Shown: positions 55,657 to 64,000 of the stretch, piece after piece | Layout of the letters: every line of letters begins with the position of its first letter | Numbering within the stretch: position 1 is the first letter of the stretch | Assembly (NCBI GenBank): GCA_951406725.2 | Contig: OX597815.1 | Location: 186,186,001-186,250,000, forward strand | Length of the DNA: 64,000 nucleotides | From: Octopus vulgaris | Lineage: Eukaryota | Reading direction: 5' to 3' | Notes under the pieces: model-generated | What the model was told of the DNA's origin: nothing | What the model saw: the letters and a program-made list of their open reading frames with translations, nothing else | Databases searched by the model: none | Position numbers and translations under genes: made by a program

Positions 55657-55660
<4 letters not shown>

Positions 55661-56431
55661 ATTGTTTTCATTTAATTATTTCAAAATTTGATAAAACAAC
55701 AAATCTTAAATAGAAATGGAGAGCGTATTCAAGATATATTGCTGCATTCGTGTGATGGACTTTATAATTATGAGAATTATTAGAACATTAAACCAACGTG
55801 ATCTAATAACATACCCAAGTGCACACAATGCTTCTACACGCGAAAGTTTAATAAAAAGTGACAAAATATTATTTATTATGTCAAATTTCAACAAAATGAA
55901 CGTGAAGAGTTATCAAATTTTGTCATTAGATATTGAAAGCGAAATCAAATTGTGATTTATTTTTTTTAACTGCAATGCTGTTCAGAACCTCCTATTTCTG
56001 TTTCCGTTCAAAATTTAGAAGAAATCTAAGACATTCAGATAGTTGTCTATGTTGCTGCTGTTGATGTCGTTGTTGCATATCCTAGGTTATCTCTTACCAA
56101 GCATATTATCCACTGCTCAACCGCGTTATATCCAGTTTATTATATACAATCTTATTTTCAATAGTGACTGGAAGACATGTGATGATCAAAAGTGTTTCTG
56201 CCGTAACCATCCTGTGATTTTCTTTAGACCGTAGGGTGCGAATTGAGGTAGATTTTGCAGTTTTTTCTCTGAGGTGAAGCAATTATAAAGTGATGCCCTG
56301 TTGGCTGATATGTAAGATTATAATTTACACTAGTCATAATGGAAGAGTCTCGGTAGATTCGTTCACAGTGTAACGACTACAAGTATCTTTACATTTATCA
56401 TTGATGTTATGACGTTGCCTTCTTACGTAAG

Positions 56432-57249
56432 AAGTTTGTTTATTAGCCACAAGGGCCCAAACATAGAGGGAGACAAACAAGGACAGACAGGACACCACAG
56501 AGGGGACAATACATAGAAGGAATACGATGAGATGATTATACAATAATGGGGTTATGAATGGCTGCATGCGCCCCTCATCACATGCATTACCATTAATCTT
56601 TTTAAACTGTCCGTTTTTATCATATATTTAACTAGCAATTAATTATCGTCTACCATTACAATTATTTGAACCGTTATACGTTCTCTAAATTGTTCCTCTA
56701 TTTTCCGATATTATTAAACATAACATAAAACACTTACTCTTTCTTTTTCCTTTTTTTCTCCTTTTTCTTTTTTCCTGTCGATTTGACATACTTATTTACT
56801 TTTTAGTAATATTTCATTAGTGGTTCGATTCCTACTAAATCCACTACCGGTGGCAATTCTTTGAATTCCACCCTTATTCCTGATGGGTTAATATTATCTC
56901 CACACATTTCTTGCAGTCTCTTATAACTTCCCCCTTCAATTACTATCGCCTTCATATCCTCTGCATAGATGTATGCTGGTATCTTTCCTCTTAGTATTTG
57001 GTTGAACTTGAGTATTTTCTTCCTTGTTTCAATATTCTTCGGATAGGTTACGTAATACCATACACCGTTTCCTTTAACTTTCTTTCCTTTATTTTGGCTT
57101 TTCTGTTCTCTCACTTTTCCTCCTCCACTCTACACAGTCTCTAATTCTTCTTCGGCCACCTGAATTTCCGAATCCTTTTCTTCCAGAGAAACTGGTATTT
57201 TTACTTGTAGCTCCACTTTCTTTTTACTTTCTTTCTCTGTCGGCCTTTT
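56432..57249 (-). mobile_element. 5'-truncated retroposon with a non-RT ORF remnant and a group A SINE-like 3' tail
   Basis: 17-bp TSD ttgccttcttacgtaag at 56415-56431 and 57250-57266. ORF at 56803..57114. The 3' end reads gtctgtccttgtttgtctccctctatgtttgggcccttgtggctaataaacaaac. Confidence 0.75.
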
Positions 57250-58685
57250 TTGCCTTCTTACGTAAGTCTGCTGGATTCACGGCTTTGAAATTTTCTCTTA
57301 AAATTGATATAAATCATATCCATAGGTTACGTGTTGGTAAACAGCAATCAATTTAACCATGCCAAAAAGCGTTCATATATATCGGCTCTAGCATTTCAAA
57401 TAAGTATCAAGAACTGTTTTGTGAATATCCTTGGCATCGGATAAGCGACATACTGACATATGGACTGATAGTGTTGAGCTACCATCATTACAATGTACTA
57501 CAAAATATATCTATAGATTCCTGGCCAACACCCCATGTTACGACGATTGTCAACAATATGTATATGCGTGGAGAGAAACGTGGTAGAGGTTATACACGCA
57601 TTTTAATTCAATTCATATTTGAGTAGTTATCAGTAAACGTATACTTTTCTCGATTATTTATAAACATACTGTTTATAAACACCCGGATATCAGGGATTTA
57701 GGTAAACTGGCTAAATCAGTTTGCATATGGAATTGTTGGTATGTTCACAGTGTTTGTTTTCATTGCTATGTGAGATAAGAGAACATAACTATAGGCCTTT
57801 CTCACGTTCAAATACTCACGGAATATATTTGTTTCAACATTTCTCTATAACTACTGTTTCCGGCGCCAATAATCACCTTTTTTTATTGACCTACTGGCAA
57901 TGCACAACAATGTCTGAAACGATGTTAATATTCTATATATCGTATGAGCGAGATGTGACTGGCATGCGTTGACCGAACGCCTCCCACTGATGATTTCCCG
58001 TAGGATGAAATCACGTGATATGAGAATTCCAACGACCATGGCAGGCCATTCTCGTCTGCTACGATCTATTGGTGTGCTTTTATGCTCCATAAGCCTATAC
58101 GAGAGGATCGCTCAAGGCTAATAACGCAGTATTCGGTGCCTAATAAAACATCCATGTTAAGTTGGAGATAAAGATTATGTTTTTGCATAAATACTGCTTC
58201 TGTCACAAATAATTTATTCTTCACTTAGCTTCGACTGCAGCAATTCTTCGTGTGTGTCCATTTACAAGATGAGACATCTGTGCACTTAGCTCTTCGGGTT
58301 CATCTTTTGGATATCATATTCATAGCCCGGTGTGTTACGACAATTGTTGCTATGAATCCATTATTGATTTAACACGGTTGCTTTCAACATTTTGTTTGCT
58401 GAATTCCTTTAACTGTTCGAGAGTGAAAGTCTAATTCTGCTTACTCATTTGTCAGCCATAACACTGAAAATTAAAATCCTGCAACCGAATATTTTATCTG
58501 TGTTATGTTTATTTCATTGTACATATATAATTTGTATTGCGTACACGTATTACAATCGTAACTTGATCTCGTCTACAAAATATGAAATTGAAATCTGTTT
58601 ATTGAAACCAGATGAATCAGAATGATAAATGGTAAAGTTCGAGTAAGGTTGGTAGAGATTTTCGAATTAAAAGAATATGCGACAG

Positions 58686-58842
58686 AGGAGTGGCTATGTG
58701 GTATGTAGCTTGCTAATCAACCACATGGTTCCGGGTTCAGTCCCACTGCATGGCACCTTGGGCAAGTGTCTTCTACTATAGCCTTAGGCCGATCAAAGTC
58801 TTGTGAGTGGATTTGGTAGACGGAAACTGAAAGAAGCCCGTC

Positions 58843-58877
<35 letters not shown>

Positions 58878-59099
58878 CGTGTGTGTGTGTGTGTGTGTGT
58901 GTTTGTCCCCCTAACATCGCTTGACAACCGATGCTGGTGTGTTTACGTCCCCGTAACTTAGCGGTTCTGCAAAAGAGACCGATAGAATAAGTACTAGGCT
59001 TACAAAGAATAAGTCCTGGGATCGATTTGCTCGACTAAAGGCGGTGCTCCAGCATGACCACAGTCAAATGACTGAAACAAGTAAAAGAGTAAAAGAGTA
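58686..59099 (+). mobile_element. Group C SINE
   Basis: Matches 28439-28846. Confidence 0.87.
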
Positions 59100-59113
59100 A
59101 GTGTATATGTACT

Positions 59114-59148
<35 letters not shown>

Positions 59149-59553
59149 ATATGTAATTCACTGTTGGTGTTTTCTTAAGCACATATAATAATTTTTCTTT
59201 ATATATTCGGAATATTTAAATATATTTTCTTATATATCTCCCATTCCAATTCATATATAAATGATAATTGTTATGGCATTATAATATACAGGTAGCAAAT
59301 CGATATTACATTGACAAAATACCTAGCTATATTGCAGCTTAGAATAATGTTCGTAATATATTATCAGGTTTATATGTTGCAATTCACAAAAATATTCATA
59401 TCAATGTACAATGCAGAATAGATTAAATTTTTCATTTCATATTATGTTTTGCAATATTGCAAGGGTTGCAATAAAAGAGCTTATTTACATGTCATTGTTT
59501 TATGCATTTTGCGTCATCCATCAATAATTATACTCATTATGTGTGTGTGTGTT

Positions 59554-59613
<60 letters not shown>

Positions 59614-59657
59614 GTTATATTATGTATATATACATTATATATATATTATTATTATAT

Positions 59658-59712
<55 letters not shown>

Positions 59713-59932
59713 CATTATTAAATCTCAGAACGAGATGTAAACAGTAATCGCTCGACAATGTAAAGTATTATAGCCATCCCAGCTGGAGACGATGATCTCC
59801 TAGGGCTAAAAAGCTACAATAACACCCCCCTTTGTGATTACCCATATTGAGATGGCTATAATACTTTACATATATATATATATATACATACATATACATC
59901 ATAAACTTATATATATATATATATATATTTCA

Positions 59933-60278
59933 TGGCCCTCCGCCGGTTGCGACGACGAGGGTTCCAGTTGATCTGATCAACAGAACAGCCTGCTGGTGAA
60001 AGTAACGTGTAAATGGCTGAGCACTCCACAGACACGTGTACCCTTAACGTAGTTCTCGGGGAGATTCAACGTGACACAGAGTGTGACAGGGCTGGCCTTT
60101 TGAAATACAGGTACAAGAGAAACAGGAAGAAAGCGTGAGAGAAAGTTGTGGTGAAAGGAGCATCGTGGAGCTTGAGGTGTTTTCGCTCAATACACACTCA
60201 CATCGCCCGGTCTGGGAATCGAAACTGCGATCCTACGACCGTTAGTCCGCTGCCCTTACCACTGGGTCATTGCGCCTC
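59933..60278 (-). mobile_element. Group B SINE, tail type 1
   Basis: Matches 5100-5480 with a small internal deletion. Confidence 0.83.
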
Positions 60279-60869
60279 AATACACACACACACACACACA
60301 CACGCAGACATATATATATGTTTATCTGCTCATCTATCTATCTAGCTATTTATTTGTATATAGCGAGAGAGAGAGAGAAAGAGAGAGAGAGAATGAGAGA
60401 GAGATAGATGTACATAAAAATTTATACATTAAAATATGAAATATGTTGCAGCATGAAACGTTATATTTGCTACTATAATGCAGGTGTTTTTTTAGAGTGT
60501 TATGGAAATTTCAAACTAGAATTCGGTCTTCAGCTTACAGCAATAACTGTATTTGTCACAATTTTATAGAATGCCGTTTATAGCAATATTTACCTTATTT
60601 CTGAAAATGATAGCAAATGTAGTTTACAATAACATCTTTAAAACACAGAACATATTCAAATTTACATCATCTTTTAACAAGAGTTTACCAAATTTGATAT
60701 AGGTTGATCGATAGATCCTAGTCGATAATTCAGTATTTTGAGATATGCAGAGGGAAAGGTCTCTTACACTGACACGTTTTGAGTATACTTTAGTAGGTGA
60801 GATTTGGTGATAGTGGGGAGTAATATTAAATTACTCTTGTTCCTTGATATACTTCGTAACCAGTATATT

Positions 60870-61100
60870 GCGGCGAGCTGGCAGAAACGTTAGCACGTCG
60901 GGCGAGATGCATAGCGGTATTTCGTCTGCCTTTAGGTTCTGAGTTCAAATTCCGCCGAGGTCGACTTTGCCTTTCATCCTTTCGGGGACGATAAATTAAG
61001 TACCAGTTACACACTGGGGTCGATGTAATCGACTTAATCCCTTTGTCTGTCCTTGTCTTTTGCTCTCTGTATTTAACCCCTTGTGGGTAATAAAGAAATA
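60870..61100 (+). mobile_element. Group A SINE monomer
   Basis: Full head through taaagaaata. Flanking repeat tatattgc. Confidence 0.86.
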
Positions 61101-61823
61101 TATTGCTGCTAATGAATATTTAACGGCTCGAGCAAATGTCTTCCAATTGTGTCAAATAAATAGAGACAATAAAGTGTTCGCTTTTCTTTTTTAAAAATGA
61201 AGCGTAGCGTTGTTGTATGACTCGAGGTTAAACACGTTTTTGTTTCAACTTTTGCAGCTTGTGATAATTTGTGAAATGAGGGATAAGATAACCATTGTAT
61301 TCTTTCACTGGTTCTTCTTTTCTCATTTCCCTTTCGTGTATTTCTTTCTTCGTGTTTCATTTGCTAATCTACCTACAGGTCTTCTTTGCCTGAAATAATT
61401 AATTTTTTTCTCCTCTTTTGTTCTCAATTTTCATTGATAATCTTGTGCAGTTCGTTGTCTTCGAAGACCAATTCTTTGAAAAAGTGTGGCACATTATTCT
61501 TATCAGTCACTGTTGTGAGCATGGTTCTAATATTCTTCTCTCTAATTTTCAGTTTCATTTTGAAATCAAGTTGTTGACATACCTCTTGTTCGCCTTCTGC
61601 CTCTCCGTTTTCTTCATCACCAGATATTTCTAATCTTCTTCATTACCAGATGTCTTTAATCTTCTTCATTATCACACATCTCTGATCTTCTGCTGTGTTT
61701 TTATCTTGATCTCTTTGTATCGGAATCTTCTCAGTGAGAATGAGATAATGCGTTGTGAATTCAAGCTATATATAGTGGTCGGTTACGTGGTATAGATTTA
61801 AAAGCTGCAATGACAAATCAAGT

Positions 61824-61872
<49 letters not shown>

Positions 61873-61891
61873 CATACATACATACATACAA

Positions 61892-61922
<31 letters not shown>

Positions 61923-62004
61923 ATATACATATATATAATATACATATATATATGCATATATACATATATATGTATAGATGTATATACATATATATACATA
62001 TATT

Positions 62005-62244
62005 CTGAGACCCCCTTCGGTCACGACACTGACCATGGGATTGCACCTATAAAGTTACCCTCCCAGGCAAAAGTCCAGGCAAGGTTGTTTATGGAAGACC
62101 AGCAGTCGCCCATGCATACCAGCCTCCCCTCTCCACACCACCAATGTTATCCAAGGGAAAGGCAAAGGCCAATACAGCTTGGCACCTGTGACGTCACAAC
62201 TCATTGCTACAACTGAGTGAACTGGAGCAACGTTAAATTAAGAG

Positions 62245-62250
<6 letters not shown>
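62005..62250 (-). mobile_element. SINE 3' portion, Ceph-SINE-like
   Basis: Minus strand ...gttgctccagttcactcag...gtcacaggtgccaagctgtat...gtgaccgaagggggtc. Shares gttgctccagt.cactcag with the 30844 SINE. Confidence 0.5.
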
Positions 62251-62293
<43 letters not shown>

Positions 62294-62470
62294 TACCTAC
62301 ATATATATATATATATATACGTAAAGTCAAGTGGTAGATATGAAAATGTGTCAAATTGTATTACTTCTCAGAAGATCGATCGAAAAAGTGATGAACGCCT
62401 TAATAGATATTTGCTCGATTGGGAGCTCATCAGATGTAAACAGATAAATAAATATTGAATACTTATGTAT

Positions 62471-62504
<34 letters not shown>

Positions 62505-62721
62505 CATATATATTCATGTATGTAATTATATATGAATATGAATATACATGTATCTGTATAGATTAGAATGTAAGATTCACGTGAATTTCCTATTATACAT
62601 AATTGAGATCTCTCCAAAAATTCTGCTGGTACTGTTAATTGCAACCTCAACAATCAGCACGGCATACTTATGTATAACAGCACAGCTGTGCATAGCAAAG
62701 CTTCATATTTTGTCTAATAAC

Positions 62722-63078
62722 GATGGCACATATGAATAACGAAGCCACATTGAGCATAATCCTATGAACCCGGAAAAATTTCAAACAGAGGATTACTTAC
62801 TTACAAGCAAATGTGTTAACATGTGACATTATTGACCGAAGCTACCGTGGTCTTTGCCGTAGGCTTTTCTGTCCACGGATAAACCTTATCTGCTTCCCCC
62901 TTTACACTTCACATCATGACATTTCTGTGATACACGATCCCTATTGATCGTTTTTTCTTTCCCTTTTACGATCCCTCTTGATCGAAAACCTACCCTACTT
63001 TTTTTTCTCCCCAAAAAGAAAAGCTCTACTTTCTAATCTGTCCCGTCTGTATGCAGCCCTGTGTGGCTAATAAAGAAA
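62722..63078 (+). mobile_element. 5'-truncated L1/Tx1-like LINE 3' end
   Basis: 18-bp TSD catattttgtctaataac at 62704-62721 and 63079-63096. Pyrimidine-rich 3' UTR ending gccctgtgtggctaataaagaaa. The clade assignment is inference. Confidence 0.7.
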
Positions 63079-63503
63079 CATATTTTGTCTAATAACAGTC
63101 TCAACCTGCCTCGTCATTTAGTCAATGATCAACATTCGCTAAAGTACACGGATGTTTATTACAAATGGCGCTCTGTTGCACATTGAAGAATGAATTATTG
63201 CGAAGAGATATGATTTTTTTATGTGAAGCTTTTCTAATACTTCAACAGCCCCACGGAAATGATTGTTTGAACCTCTCGTAATGTGACGAATTGTAACAAC
63301 ACTTCAAATCATAGAGAACATTTAATGAAACCTCTCCTGAATTTGCATGGCCACCTACGCCTAAAAGCTATACTTACACTGCAAGAATGTGTGCTGTTGT
63401 GTACAAAAATCATCATTATACTATCCGTGAAATGTCCGAAAAATGAAGTATCTGAAAGAATTCTAGTTGTACAACATTATGGAAAAACGAAAATGCATAA
63501 TGT

Positions 63504-63940
63504 TTGTTAGTTAGTTAATTTTTTGGCTCAAAAAGCAAAAAGCAAGGCCATGTAGGGGGACATGGAGTTATGTACAGGGTGGTGTTCACGTAAAGAGGTC
63601 AGGCCACTTGAGGTCAAGGGAGACTTTGAACCGAGCGGTCGTCGGCATCTTCACCATCTCGTTTGGCAGCTTATTCCACGGATCAGCAACCTGGACGGAG
63701 AAAGCCCCTCTCCTTCGATTGAGATGAAATCGTCGCAGATAGAGTTTTTCGGAATGACCCCGCAGCCGACGCTCTGGAGCAGGAGTGAAGAACAGCTCTT
63801 TCGAGAGGTTACACTTTCGGCTTATGATGTTGTGAGCAAGAATGAGATCTCCACGGCGTCGTCGTTTTTGTAGAGAATAAAGGTCGAGCGTCTTCAGCCT
63901 TTCTTCATAAGACAAATCCTTGAGACCAAGAATCATGCGG
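63504..63940 (-). mobile_element. 5'-truncated CR1 LINE
   Basis: RMILGLKDLSYEERLKTLDLYSLQKRRRRGDLI...LRGHSEKL...RRGAFSVQVADPWNKLP is a classic CR1 ORF2 end, followed by a (taac)n tail. Confidence 0.9.
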
Positions 63941-64000
63941 GTAGAACATGTGCTAAGAACATTGGTCAAATACATACATAGAATACGGATAAACAATCTG

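Noticed and set aside
62360-62440. Minus-strand CUGAUGA-gcuc/gagc hairpin
   Set aside because: The GAAA box and the stem I partner are missing.

Overview
AT-rich, repeat-saturated eukaryotic DNA. The SINE repertoire and microsatellite load suggest a cephalopod, probably Octopus (inference from recalled repeat families). I found no credible host-gene exon, rRNA, true tRNA or CRISPR array; most long ORFs in the track are microsatellite or SINE artefacts. The window holds three recurring tRNA-derived SINE groups (called A, B, C here), CR1/Tx1/RTE-type LINE fragments, two non-autonomous Helitrons, a mariner relic, a hAT MITE and several Penelope-like (PLE) relics. The standout is a ~5.8 kb non-coding element at 39866-45680, inserted in the (TA)n tract of a SINE. 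It has ~1.47 kb near-identical inverted arms, each ending in an outward-facing minimal hammerhead ribozyme. Inside it is a ~880 bp fold-back whose two arms carry dense one-directional T>C changes (A>G on the ribozyme-sense strand), while the outer arms do not. This fits ADAR A-to-I hyper-editing of the element RNA that was reverse-transcribed and fixed in the genome, unless it is a sequencing artefact. All alignments and counts were done by eye.
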